Positions 1 to 9,223 of a stretch of 64,000 bases of DNA are shown in pieces; the first letter of the stretch is position 1; every line of letters starts with the position of its first letter. The notes under the pieces were generated by a model that was not told where the DNA came from, did not search any database, and worked only from the letters and a program-made list of their open reading frames with translations. The position numbers were made by a program, and so were the translations under genes. This DNA is from an uncultured bacterium (GTDB taxonomy: Bacteria; Patescibacteriota; Patescibacteriia; 2-12-FULL-60-25): positions 1,090-65,089 of the forward strand of contig CALFEO010000002.1 of NCBI GenBank assembly GCA_937949995.1. The letters are read 5' to 3'.

Positions 1-55
1 TCTATGTTCAAGGTTCTCTTGATTTTCAACGCTTAAATTGCTATCATCTCCCCAG

Positions 56-742
56 ATGACCCTCTACATTCCCGTCCTCACCATCCCATCCGAACCGCTT
101 TCAGCACTTGGCTTGGCGGCTTTTATTATATTGGGCATTTCCATCATAATCTTCACATTTTTCTGGATTTGGGCACTCATCCACGCTTACCGCACTCCGC
201 GCGCGCCCTTTAGCCAACGCCTGCTTTGGAGCCTATGCATCCTCATAAATCCCACGGCCACAGTGTGGTACTGGTGCGTTTGGCAACGCTGGGCCTTTTG
301 GACACTGTTCACCCCGCTAATCGGCATTTTTATTGCCCTGCCATTTGTTATCCGCTCACTAATGAGCAAAGCCGATGCCACCTTGCTAACCAATTCACTC
401 TTCGCTTTGGGCAGTAACGCTTTGGTCATCTTTTTTGCAGTCCTGCTCATCTTTCCGGTCATCCTGCGCCTCATGGCCATTCTCCACCTCACCAAAAGCA
501 AAGAAATCCCGGCCATCGAAAAAAACGACTGGGTCGTTACATTGGCTTTACCATCAATCGGTTACGGCGTCGCCCTATTCTACACGGTCCGCTATCTGCG
601 CACTTGGGCTTTTGCCGGCATCGCTTGGCTCATCCTGCTCACCATTGTTTCCAAAATCATGTTCATGAACATCCTCCCCGAAATAGTCCTATCCGGCGAG
701 GAACGCCGCGAAGAATACAAAGCAACTAAAATAACTGAATGA
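56..742 (+). CDS. multi-pass membrane protein, unknown function
   Basis: Track ORF 38..742 opens at TTG; first ATG at 56 (MTLYIPV). Several long hydrophobic, Trp-rich segments; no diagnostic motif. Confidence 0.5.
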   Translation: MTLYIPVLTIPSEPLSALGLAAFIILGISIIIFTFFWIWALIHAYRTPRAPFSQRLLWSLCILINPTATVWYWCVWQRWAFWTLFTPLIGIFIALPFVIRSLMSKADATLLTNSLFALGSNALVIFFAVLLIFPVILRLMAILHLTKSKEIPAIEKNDWVVTLALPSIGYGVALFYTVRYLRTWAFAGIAWLILLTIVSKIMFMNILPEIVLSGEERREEYKATKITE

Positions 743-771
743 ACCGTGTTACTTTGGTATTAACTCACTCT

Positions 772-868
772 AAGTCTCTCTCTTAAAGCAAGAGAGAGAC
801 TTGTTAACCAAGTTCACTTAAGTCAACTTGGCATTTTAAAACCCCCACTCTTGTTTGAAGAGAGGGGG
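772..868. terminator. two stem-loops between convergent genes (bidirectional terminator region)
   Basis: Perfect 13-bp stem aagtctctctctt/aagagagagactt (772-802) and 11-bp stem cccccactctt/aagagaggggg (842-868, one mismatch) between the 3' ends of 56..742(+) and 903..1253(-). Confidence 0.55.
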
Positions 869-902
869 TAGGGGGTGAGTTAAAACCGGAGAACAATGTT
901 GT

Positions 903-1253
903 TCATTCCTCTTCCGCGAAATCCGTTAACTTCAAAGTTTCTCTTTCTGATTGCAAAACGAGGTCTTCGAGTTCTTCCAATTCTTCCAGCGCGTCTTTTT
1001 CCAAATCTTTAAAACTTGATTCTTCATCAATTTCTTCTTCGTCGTCTTCATCCTCTTCTTCATCCTCATCCAAAACAGCCAATTCCGGATCATCAATTAA
1101 ACCCGGATCTTCTTCTGCCAACTCATCATCATCTTCTTCCTCATCCTCATCCAAAACATGCATGCCCGGGGCAATCATGTCTTCCTCTTCTTCTTCGTAG
1201 CCTTGCGGATCCCAGTCATCGGCGGGACCCAGTGTGTATGGAAGTGTTACCAT
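903..1253 (-). CDS. extremely acidic small protein (roughly half Asp/Glu), unknown function
   Basis: ATG-initiated 116-aa ORF; long DEDEEEDDDE runs. The + strand ORF 1016..1255 is the low-complexity mirror image. Confidence 0.55.
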   Translation of the reverse strand: MVTLPYTLGPADDWDPQGYEEEEEDMIAPGMHVLDEDEEEDDDELAEEDPGLIDDPELAVLDEDEEEDEDDEEEIDEESSFKDLEKDALEELEELEDLVLQSERETLKLTDFAEEE

Positions 1254-1387
1254 AAATTTTTTTGTTCATTTAGAGCTTTTAATTGGTTTTCGCCAACATA
1301 ACAAATACGTTTTTATGAGACAAGTGGATAACCCAACCATTAAGACAAAAGACTAAAGTATCAAGTTTATCACGAGTAGCCAAGTAA

Positions 1388-1417
1388 CTCTTGATGAACT
1401 TTAATCTTGATGAACTT
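1388..1417. repeat. family A word-repeat (cttgatgaac)
   Basis: ctcttgatgaactttaatcttgatgaacttg; the same word recurs at 2531-2616, 49450-49545, 56975-57228, 60421-60560 and 63456-63588. Confidence 0.7.
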
Positions 1418-1469
1418 GTACCTCTCCTTAATTGCTTAGATATTTATATTGCTGTAATATAAGTTAACT

Positions 1470-2531
1470 ATGGAACTCTCACTCCTTCTTTTTATTGCCT
1501 TAATTGGCGTATTTGCCATCCTCGCAATCGGCCTTGCCATCGTTTTATGGAAACTGATGGCCATCGAAAAGCAATCTCAAACTCCCATGGAATCGCAAAC
1601 TTTGCTTTTGATGCAGCAACAATTATCCCAGATGCAAAAAGAAGTCAATGACCGTCTCGGTGAGTCTCACAATGCCTTCCGTGACCAGCATAAAAGCGTA
1701 ACCAACACGGTTCGCGAGGTATCCGAGCGCATGGCCAAGGTTGAGGAGATTTCACGCCAAGTGCTCAACGAAACCGGCGAATTGCAAAAACTGCAACAAA
1801 TCCTAAAAAACCCCAAACAAAGAGGAGTTTTGGGCGAATATTTCCTCGAAACGTTACTTAAAAACATCCTCCCGCCCGAAAATTTCCAGATGCAATACCG
1901 CTTCGAAGATGGTGAGATTGTGGACGCGGCCGTATTTATCAAAGAAAAGATTGTGCCCGTGGACTCCAAATTCAGCCTCGAAAACTACAATCGCTGGGCC
2001 AATGCCACAGAACCGGCCGAACGCGATGCTCTGGAAAAAGTTTTTATCAACGACCTCAAAAAACGCGTTCAAGAAACTTCCAAATATATCCGCCCCAAAG
2101 AAAATACCATGGATTTTGCCTTCATGTTCATCCCTCACGAAGCCATCTATTTTGATTTGCTTAACAATAAAATCGGAGAAGGGGAGGATGCGGAAAACAT
2201 CATCCATCGCGCGGCCGCCAAATATCATGTGCTCATCGTCTCGCCAACATCTTTCCTCGCCTACCTCCAAACCGTCCTGCAAGGATTGCGAGCGTTGCAA
2301 ATCGAAGAACAAGCCAAAGAAATCATCAAACGCGTCGGCGAGCTCGGCCGTCACCTCGGCAAATACGACCAACACATGCAAAGCCTCGGCAAAAACCTGG
2401 GCACAGCCGTTAACCAATACAACCTCGGCTACAAAGAATTCGCCAAAATCGACAAAGACGTCCTCCGCATCACCGGCGAAGCCCAAGGTATCGATCCTTT
2501 GGCCATCGAACAACCGAACACTCAAGTATAA
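1470..2531 (+). CDS. rmuC: DNA recombination protein RmuC
   Basis: N-terminal TM helix, long coiled coil, then GVLGEYFLETLLKNILP...VDAAVFI...VPVDSKF core typical of the RmuC family. Confidence 0.85.
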   Translation: MELSLLLFIALIGVFAILAIGLAIVLWKLMAIEKQSQTPMESQTLLLMQQQLSQMQKEVNDRLGESHNAFRDQHKSVTNTVREVSERMAKVEEISRQVLNETGELQKLQQILKNPKQRGVLGEYFLETLLKNILPPENFQMQYRFEDGEIVDAAVFIKEKIVPVDSKFSLENYNRWANATEPAERDALEKVFINDLKKRVQETSKYIRPKENTMDFAFMFIPHEAIYFDLLNNKIGEGEDAENIIHRAAAKYHVLIVSPTSFLAYLQTVLQGLRALQIEEQAKEIIKRVGELGRHLGKYDQHMQSLGKNLGTAVNQYNLGYKEFAKIDKDVLRITGEAQGIDPLAIEQPNTQV

Positions 2532-2616
2532 AGTTACAAGTTCATCAAGTCCAAAGTTCATCAAGAGTAACTTTAGCATCTCTTGATGAACTTTAATCTT
2601 TAAACTTGATAAACTC
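2531..2616. repeat. family A word-repeat hairpin (gttcatcaag / cttgatgaac)
   Basis: aagttcatcaag x2 followed by the inverted ctcttgatgaact and cttgataaact; sits between rmuC and the next gene. Confidence 0.7.
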
Positions 2617-2621
2617 CTGAT

Positions 2622-3245
2622 ATGCTAAGCACCTCCCGTCAAACACTCATCAAACTGTCTCTCGGTGGAATTTTTTGCGTTGCGACATTTATTTTCAGTG
2701 TAATCTTTTACGTTCGCACATCCAACTTGGATAAAATCGTTAACGTCGACAATGTTCCTCAAGCACAAGCCATAATCATCCTCGGTGCATCCTTAAAACC
2801 CGACGGCACCCCATCCGACGCGCTTAAAGATCGCCTCATCCGCGGAGCCGAGCTTTTCCAAGCCGGTAAAGCTCCCACAATCCTCATCACCGGCGACGGC
2901 GGTCTCAATCGCACCGACGAGATAACAGCCATGCGAAACTTTTTACTAAACCTGCAGATACCAGATCAATCCATCATCGAAGATCGCGAAGGCTATCGCA
3001 CCTACGAAAGTTGCAAACGCGCCAAACAAGAGTTCAATATCGACAACGCCATCATCGTCACTCAACAATTCCACCTTGTCCGCGCCCTCTACATCTGCAA
3101 CGCCCTGGACGTAGATTCCACAGGCATCGCCTCAGACCTTCAAACCTACGAAAAAATCAACTTCTTCACCCTCCGCGACTGGCTCGCCAGCTTCAAAGCC
3201 TGGATCGACGTAAACATTTGGGAACCGAAATCACCGGTCAACTAA
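2622..3245 (+). CDS. DUF218 / SanA(YdcF)-like membrane-anchored protein
   Basis: N-terminal TM helix, then IIILGASLKPDGTPSDALKDRL...ILITGDGG, the DUF218 signature. Confidence 0.75.
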   Translation: MLSTSRQTLIKLSLGGIFCVATFIFSVIFYVRTSNLDKIVNVDNVPQAQAIIILGASLKPDGTPSDALKDRLIRGAELFQAGKAPTILITGDGGLNRTDEITAMRNFLLNLQIPDQSIIEDREGYRTYESCKRAKQEFNIDNAIIVTQQFHLVRALYICNALDVDSTGIASDLQTYEKINFFTLRDWLASFKAWIDVNIWEPKSPVN

Positions 3246-3260
3246 CTGCGCCATCAACAG

Positions 3261-3444
3261 CAATTCCAAATGCCAAACCTACAGTAATTCCAAATGCCAA
3301 ATTATGAATGCCAAACTTACGGCAATCCCAAATGCCAAATGACGAATGCCAAATATCGGTAACCCTGCGGGTTTTAAATTAATATATAATTAAGATAGCG
3401 TAGCGATACAATAATTTGGCATTAGGCATTAGTCATTTGGCATT
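3261..3444. repeat. family C word-repeat element (aatgccaaat arms around a unique core)
   Basis: Reiterated (c)caaatgccaaa words at 3261-3354, core atcggtaaccctgcgggttttaa...agcgtagcgatacaat, inverted arm atttggcattaggcattagtcatttggcatt (3414-3444). A second copy is at 54181-54342. Confidence 0.75.
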
Positions 3445-3459
3445 AAAAGTTTTTTCAAC

Positions 3460-3530
3460 ATTCTTAATTCTCTTGACCCTCGAAGCTTCAGCGAAGTGGG
3501 TTAATTCTTAATTCATAATTTTTAATTTTT
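3460..3530. repeat. family B word-repeat (attcttaattcataatt) flanking a small GC hairpin
   Basis: attcttaattc ... gaccctcgaagcttcagcgaagtgggtt ... aattcttaattcataatt. The same words occur at 6395-6426, 39441-39474 and 49867-50022. Confidence 0.7.
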
Positions 3531-3545
3531 ATTATTTTATTTCCC

Positions 3546-4262
3546 ATGTCTCTAAGCAATCTCCGCGCCGAACTCAAACAGAACGCCGACCCGAAACAGG
3601 CTACGATTTTGCGTGGGTTTTTTAAGACCGGAAAAGGGGAATATGGCGAAGGTGATATCTTCTTGGGCATCAAAGTCCCAATTCAGCGCGCAATCGCTAA
3701 AAACTACCAAAATTTGCCTCTGGCGGATCTTTTAAAACTACTCCACAGTAAAATCCACGAAGAACGCTTCACAGCCCTCGTGCTCATGGTAAATCTATAC
3801 CAAAAAGGGGATAACGCGCTCAAAAAACAAATCTACGAAGCTTATCTCGCGGACAGCGAATGGATCAACAATTGGGACTTGGTCGACACATCAACCCCGC
3901 AAATCGTCGGCGATTACCTCTGCAACTTCGGTGACGTTAGAGCCCTCGACAAACTCGCCGAATCAAATCTCCTCTGGGATCGCCGTATTGCCATACTCGC
4001 GACTTTTACCTTCATCCGCAACAACAACTTCAAACCCACGCTAAAAATCGCAAAGATACTCCTCCGCGACAATCACGACCTGATCCACAAAGCCGTAGGC
4101 TGGATGCTTCGCGAGGTCGGCAAAAAAGATATCAAAATCCTCAAAGAATTTTTAAACGATCATGCACACGAGATGCCTCGCACAACTTTAAGATACGCAA
4201 TTGAAAAACTAAACCGCCACGAACGCGATCAGTATCTAAAAGGACACATTGACACACCGTAA
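3546..4262 (+). CDS. DNA alkylation repair protein (AlkD/AlkC-like HEAT-repeat family)
   Basis: LRAELKQNADPKQA..LRGFFKTGKGEYGEGDIFLGIKVP..R, then NNWDLVD and WMLRE motifs typical of this family. Confidence 0.8.
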   Translation: MSLSNLRAELKQNADPKQATILRGFFKTGKGEYGEGDIFLGIKVPIQRAIAKNYQNLPLADLLKLLHSKIHEERFTALVLMVNLYQKGDNALKKQIYEAYLADSEWINNWDLVDTSTPQIVGDYLCNFGDVRALDKLAESNLLWDRRIAILATFTFIRNNNFKPTLKIAKILLRDNHDLIHKAVGWMLREVGKKDIKILKEFLNDHAHEMPRTTLRYAIEKLNRHERDQYLKGHIDTP

Positions 4263-4307
4263 GAATAGGCATAATCTTCGTGCGGAACCTTCAAAAAGAG
4301 GTGTTTC

Positions 4308-5060
4308 ATGGAAACGGAAACAACCGAAACACAACAAAACAATCAACCCGGCTGTAAAGGTTGTTTGAATATTCTTTTCATCTTTCAATTCCCCATAACT
4401 CTAATTGTGGCCGGCATCTTTTTTCCGGAAACCATACCGTTTAAAATCTTCGGGTTTTGGAACACATCAAAAGCCGTAGATGGCATTATTGCCGGCCTGC
4501 CGATGTTGCTTTGGACTTTGGTTGTCAATTTCATTGGTCAATTCGTCATCCGCAAACTCATCGAGCGCAACCCGGAGATGAAAGAAGCCAATGATGAAAG
4601 AATTGCCCAATCCTTGGCATCTCATCCGGGATACTTGCTAATAACATCGGTTTTTGAAGAAGTGGCTTTTCGATGGGTTATGTTTTTGGGCGGCATACCC
4701 TTGCTCAAAATAATAAACCACTTGTTCTTCGGCTTTGCCGGAATCGGAATTTTTGAAAGATTGCATATCTACATCATCGGCCCCATAGCCGATTTTACAA
4801 CCTTCGGTTATCTGCACAACTTTCTTTTTCACGAACACGGCTGGGCGGTGGGCGCATCACTTTTATCATCCAATGCGGTTTTTCGGGACGGCCACAAATA
4901 TCAAGGCTGGTTCGGCTATTTTAACGCTTGGTTCGCAGGCATGTACGTTTTCTACATAGCCTTAAATTACAGCCTGCTTTCCGCAATCGCCATCCACATA
5001 GCTGGCAATTACACCGCCCTGATCTTGATTCGTTTGTACGAACGTTTTCGCGAAGACTAA
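4308..5060 (+). CDS. CPBP (CAAX/Abi-type) intramembrane metalloprotease
   Basis: Multi-TM protein with the EEVAFRW (EExxxR) motif and a C-terminal HIAGN motif; SD aaagaggtg upstream. Confidence 0.75.
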   Translation: METETTETQQNNQPGCKGCLNILFIFQFPITLIVAGIFFPETIPFKIFGFWNTSKAVDGIIAGLPMLLWTLVVNFIGQFVIRKLIERNPEMKEANDERIAQSLASHPGYLLITSVFEEVAFRWVMFLGGIPLLKIINHLFFGFAGIGIFERLHIYIIGPIADFTTFGYLHNFLFHEHGWAVGASLLSSNAVFRDGHKYQGWFGYFNAWFAGMYVFYIALNYSLLSAIAIHIAGNYTALILIRLYERFRED

Positions 5061-5207
5061 TACTCAAAAATGGCTTTAAATAGCCATTTTTTTAGATGGC
5101 CTTTTAAACACGACATGCATGCGCCATATTGACATAACTTGATAATTATGCTAACCTGAGCAATTGTTACTCCAAAAACATCGGCAACCAATACAGAGGA
5201 GAAAAAC

Positions 5208-6125
5208 ATGTATCGAGCTCTTTTCACATCTTTTTGCTTCGTTCTGATGTCCAAAGCGTCAATCTCGTTTGCCCAAACTCCGACATCAACGTCGCCTTCC
5301 GCTAAAGCAATCGGCACCGGCCCCTGGGCTGATGGGCTCACGCACGTCATGCAAGGCACAGACGTCGGCCGTGGCTGTTTGGAAGTCCAAGATTTTCAAA
5401 TCGTAAGCGGCAAAGCACTCTATGCCTGTCTCACGCTCGAAGATCAACGCTACCACGTTGTCCACGATACCGAGATTGACTCAAGAGGATATTCAAGAAT
5501 CGAAAATCTCAAAATCTCCTCCGACGGTAAAGTCGAATACAGGGGATATGAAGGCGAAGAACGCTGCTACGTCAGTGATACCGGGGCGAACTGCTCAAGC
5601 GGTCCAACACTCGAAGGCAGAAAGGATCGCCTCGAGTACATCCCATTACCGGAAAGCGTACCGGAGCCCACCCCGGCGCTTCCCAAATCCCTTACCGGCG
5701 GCAAAACGATCACTGATTACAAGGTTGTCAACAACCAGCCGCTCTGGGTTGATTGTGACGAAGGCACCACCCAATGCCGCATGCGATGGAACGGTCATGC
5801 GGAAGGTAAGATGTTTTATCGCATCCTTTGGGAGAACGTTCTCACAGACGCAGATCAGGTCGCATATATCGCTCTTACAGCCAAAGAAGGCGACATGAAA
5901 GTCATCTGGGGGCAGAGCGAAGGCGAACCCTTCAACAGAATCTGGGGATTCGATATGTTGAATCGCCAGCCCATCTACGTTGGCGAGCATGCCAACAGCC
6001 TTAACTACCTAGTCCGCGGGAGGCAAAAGGAAGCTTTTCGCTCAATCGACGTGTTGAAGATTGAGGACGGCAAAGTGTTCCTGGTAGGGAGCAAGGATCC
6101 CGCCCCCGGCAAAAGCCCAATCTGA
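5208..6125 (+). CDS. secreted protein, unknown function
   Basis: Signal-peptide-like N-terminus (FCFVLMSKASISFAQ), Cys-containing soluble domain, SD agagga. Confidence 0.5.
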   Translation: MYRALFTSFCFVLMSKASISFAQTPTSTSPSAKAIGTGPWADGLTHVMQGTDVGRGCLEVQDFQIVSGKALYACLTLEDQRYHVVHDTEIDSRGYSRIENLKISSDGKVEYRGYEGEERCYVSDTGANCSSGPTLEGRKDRLEYIPLPESVPEPTPALPKSLTGGKTITDYKVVNNQPLWVDCDEGTTQCRMRWNGHAEGKMFYRILWENVLTDADQVAYIALTAKEGDMKVIWGQSEGEPFNRIWGFDMLNRQPIYVGEHANSLNYLVRGRQKEAFRSIDVLKIEDGKVFLVGSKDPAPGKSPI

Positions 6126-6394
6126 TCTCACTCGAGATCAGCCAAGCCTGCAAATCGCATTCTCGCGGTCTGTGGGCTATTTTTTTACCCAATTGCCAAC
6201 CGTACTTTATTCTTTATTATCCCGCACCCATATTTATAATTATTTGTATGCGGGACCCCGCCCCAGGCGGTGGTTTATAATTTATTATTTTTATAGATAT
6301 ATTTTACGACTCATCACATTCTCCCCACACCCCTTAGAGTAGAGTAGCAATCACTTTTCATAAATATATAAATCATCGCGCCAGCGATTCCATC

Positions 6395-6426
6395 ATTCTT
6401 AATTCATAATTCTAAATTCATAATTT
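6395..6426. repeat. family B word-repeat
   Basis: attcttaattcataattctaaattcataattt followed by hairpin ttcccgtagggga. This is the last host-type repeat before the prophage. Confidence 0.7.
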
Positions 6427-6570
6427 GGTTTTTTTCCCGTAGGGGAAAAATCTTAAAATCACAAACCGGAGCCGAAGCGAAAAATTAATTTAGAGATTAT
6501 CAGAAACAGGAAAGTTGAAGTTCAGCCGGAGTTAAACTAGTGTCAAAAGCTAATTTAGATCACAATATGT

Positions 6571-6588
6571 AGCGTCGCACAATATATG
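6571..6588. other. putative attL core
   Basis: agcgtcgcacaatatatg, identical to 38067-38084. Confidence 0.65.
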
Positions 6589-6629
6589 ATTATTGGAGCC
6601 GTCGAGTAATCTAATTTAAGCCAAAAAAC

Positions 6630-6656
6630 AACCCAACAACACAGTTGGGTTTTTTG
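6630..6656. terminator. intrinsic terminator (bidirectional shape)
   Basis: aacccaac-aacaca-gttgggtt followed by T-run and preceded by A-run. In a circularised phage genome it would follow the right-end genes. Confidence 0.6.
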
Positions 6657-6668
6657 ATACCAGCCTAT

Positions 6669-6761
6669 GCCCTCGATACGGAGGTCGGAATCCCAACCCC
6701 GCTAATACCACGATGTTGCAAGCATGGAACATCGACAGCGGTCAGGCCTCCATATCGGGGC
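6669..6761 (+). promoter_or_regulatory. long imperfect hairpin upstream of the first prophage gene
   Basis: gccctcgatacggaggtc (6669-6686) pairs with ggcctccatatcggggc (6745-6761): 17 pairs, one bulge, one mismatch. An inner hairpin gatgtt..aacatc is also present. Confidence 0.4.
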
Positions 6762-6805
6762 AACACCCCTTTAATACTTATTGCGGTTAATCCGCGTTTA
6801 GGCTT

Positions 6806-7555
6806 ATGACAAACAAAATAATTAAAAGCGAACCTCAGAGTATGGCTCCCGCGGGGGCTATCAATCCCGAGGTTCTAATAGCGCAAGCAATCGCCAAAAA
6901 GGTGCCTGTAGACACCATGGAAAGATTGCTTGCCATGCGCAAAGACTTGCGGGCCGAGCAGGCCAAGGAGGCATACGACATAGCTATGGCGGACTTCCAA
7001 GCCGAATGTCCGCAGATACAGAAGACCACGGAGGTCAAAACTAAGACCGGTAAGGTCGCCTATAAATACGCGCCTATCGAGGCAATCGTCGAGCAGGTTA
7101 AAAAACTGCTCAAAAATAACGGGTTTAGTTATTCGGTGAAGACAGAGACCAAGGAGACCGGAGTCAAATCAACTTGCGTGGTCAAGCACATTGCCGGCCA
7201 TTCCGAAGAGTTTAGCTTTGAGGTTCCGCTCGGTAATAAAACGGAGATTATGTCAGCCAGTCAAGTGGTGGCGGCCGCTCTCACCTTCGCCAAACGATAC
7301 GCCTTTTGCAACGCTTTCGGGATCATGACCGCCGATGAAGATACGGACGCAGTCATCGAACCCGAGAAACCCGCACCCTCGAAAACAGAAGAACCCCCGC
7401 AGGCCGTAATCATGAGACTCATGCGCTCCCACGGCTTACAGCCCAACACTAACACCAAGGAATCCTGGCAAAAAGCGGTGAAGGACGCGGTAGGTATGGA
7501 GCTAATCGAAGCTAATTACCCCGCAATCATTCAAGCATTAACCATTCCCCAATAA
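6806..7555 (+). CDS. ERF-family single-strand annealing recombinase
   Basis: KYAPIEAIVEQVKKLL..NGF...FAKRYAFCNAFGI..DEDTDA pattern typical of the Erf superfamily. Confidence 0.7.
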   Translation: MTNKIIKSEPQSMAPAGAINPEVLIAQAIAKKVPVDTMERLLAMRKDLRAEQAKEAYDIAMADFQAECPQIQKTTEVKTKTGKVAYKYAPIEAIVEQVKKLLKNNGFSYSVKTETKETGVKSTCVVKHIAGHSEEFSFEVPLGNKTEIMSASQVVAAALTFAKRYAFCNAFGIMTADEDTDAVIEPEKPAPSKTEEPPQAVIMRLMRSHGLQPNTNTKESWQKAVKDAVGMELIEANYPAIIQALTIPQ

Positions 7556-7556
7556 T

Positions 7557-8204
7557 ATGCCTACCCCAAGAGCCAACGTAAAAATCGCACCCTCTTCCAA
7601 GGAAATGGAAGAAATCAACCGCATAAACGATGAAGCGGAAAAAATCATCGCCAAGGCCAAAGAGATTGCCGACGTGCAAACTCCAGAGGCCGAAGTCAGA
7701 GCCGCCGAGTTTCTGAAACAAATCAAAATGCGCGTGGACATCGCGGAGACGGCCAGAAAAAAGCTGGTTCAACCTCTAAATGACCACGTCAAGATGATAA
7801 ATGACGAATTTAAGAAGACCACAGTACCGCTTAAAGACGCAGATTTGCTGGTACGGCGAGGAATGACCACATACAGGAATAGCGTCGTTTTCAAGGAAGC
7901 GGAGGCCAAGAGACTGCAAATTGAGGCCGAGGCTAAGGTCGCAGTACGCATGGGAGACTCGGACAAAATCACCGAGCTCGCGGAAGAACATGCCGAAGCT
8001 TCTTTAGCGGCTCCGAGACAAGTTCAATCCCAAAGCGGCAAGGCCAGATTCCGCAAAGTATGGAGGTTCGAGATCCAAGACCTTAATGAGTTACCGGACG
8101 ATTACTGGATCCCCGACGAGAAAAAAATCAAAGCCGTGGTTGACGCCGGTATCCAAATCAAAGGCGTGAAGTCATGGCAAGAAGAAATACCAATGATCAT
8201 CTAA
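7557..8204 (+). CDS. coiled-coil phage protein next to Erf (possibly Gp157/DUF1351-like)
   Basis: Lys/Glu-rich coiled coil; C-terminus RFRKVWRFEIQDLNELPDDYWIPDEKKIKAVV. The family assignment is tentative. Confidence 0.45.
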   Translation: MPTPRANVKIAPSSKEMEEINRINDEAEKIIAKAKEIADVQTPEAEVRAAEFLKQIKMRVDIAETARKKLVQPLNDHVKMINDEFKKTTVPLKDADLLVRRGMTTYRNSVVFKEAEAKRLQIEAEAKVAVRMGDSDKITELAEEHAEASLAAPRQVQSQSGKARFRKVWRFEIQDLNELPDDYWIPDEKKIKAVVDAGIQIKGVKSWQEEIPMII

Positions 8205-8899
8205 CCGCGCTTGCGCGTGAAGAACAGGGCACGTGGAACGCAAAAACAAATATGTCAGTCAGAAACACAAAGGGACGATACGCAAAAAACCAAGCACATC
8301 GTACCGTCCCAATCCTCGCCGCGCTTTTCGTAGCGACACTCATCGCCTACTTGTTCCATGCCAACGGAATCAGGGCGGTGGAAATAATTAACGAACCTAA
8401 TATCCAGTATGGGAACGAGTACCTTATCGAATCAGCAACATCAACTTTTAAGCTCGATTCGTCAAACCTTTGGCGAAATAAAAGAGCTCCAGCGCAAACA
8501 GCAGACACTGATAGAACATGCGTACATTCAGACGGACTTGTTGAGTGCTTCGATCGGATTGAAACCCGAGACTATTTCAGAGACCAAGATCTCCAAGAGA
8601 GAGATTCCGGTCAAGATAATCGAATAACGGCCTCTATCACAGAATACTCAAGAGCCGACTCTTGCCACAACGTAGTCAATGGCAAGTGCCTCATGGCCTC
8701 AGGCAAGCCCGTATACGAGGGCGCCGTAGCCTGCCCGAAGAATATCCCTCTTGGCACCAAAGTACGCATTAACGGTCAGGTTTACACTTGTGAAGACCGC
8801 ACGGCGGATTGGGTGCAAAGAAGAAATGGTCCGACATTCGATATATTCGTTGAGCAAAATCCCAGTGGAAAGTTCCTTACAGAAGTTGAAATTTTATGA
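8174..8899 (+). CDS. membrane-anchored 3D-domain (MltA/RlpA-like) cell-wall protein
   Basis: One TM helix (VPILAALFVATLIAYLF); C-terminus GKPVYEGAVACPKNIPLGTKVRINGQVYTCEDRTADW...FDIF matches the 3D-domain pattern. An alternative start is ATG 8252. Confidence 0.6.
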   Translation: MARRNTNDHLTALAREEQGTWNAKTNMSVRNTKGRYAKNQAHRTVPILAALFVATLIAYLFHANGIRAVEIINEPNIQYGNEYLIESATSTFKLDSSNLWRNKRAPAQTADTDRTCVHSDGLVECFDRIETRDYFRDQDLQERDSGQDNRITASITEYSRADSCHNVVNGKCLMASGKPVYEGAVACPKNIPLGTKVRINGQVYTCEDRTADWVQRRNGPTFDIFVEQNPSGKFLTEVEIL

Positions 8900-9138
8900 C
8901 AATCGCTGAGCAAATGGTCAACCTGCGGTATATGGAAGCGCGAAAAATGGGACAGATTCGCGAGCTCCTTTTTCTCAAGAAAATATTCGTAGGCTGGCGG
9001 GACGATTCACTGCATGACACAGAGACACTCAACGCAGTCATCAGAATCGTCAGCTTCCAAATAGACAGAAAATACAAAGACCTCAAGATAATCCGTGATG
9101 ATTTGATGGATTTAAGCCTCGCGGACTTAAAAAAATGA
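8896..9138 (+). CDS. hypothetical phage protein
   Basis: ATG ORF overlapping the upstream stop (translational coupling); no motif recognised. Confidence 0.45.
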   Translation: MTIAEQMVNLRYMEARKMGQIRELLFLKKIFVGWRDDSLHDTETLNAVIRIVSFQIDRKYKDLKIIRDDLMDLSLADLKK

Positions 9139-9223
9139 CCCTCACTGCCTTGCCCGTAAGTACGAAGCCGGAGGCCATAACGGCCGGTAGGTTAGGAAAG
9201 CGGCAAGGTGGTGATAACTCAAT

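Noticed and set aside
1854-2586. Long ORFs 1854..2579(-) and 1909..2586(+) overlapping rmuC
   Set aside because: They are fully embedded in the well-supported rmuC frame. Their translations are low-complexity with no motifs, typical of shadow ORFs.
6200-6400. Possible small RNA or tRNA as the integration target left of attL
   Set aside because: Only simple hairpins are present (tcccgca/tgcggga, ccgcc/ggcgg, atcgc/gcgat). No cloverleaf could be drawn, so the insertion site appears intergenic.
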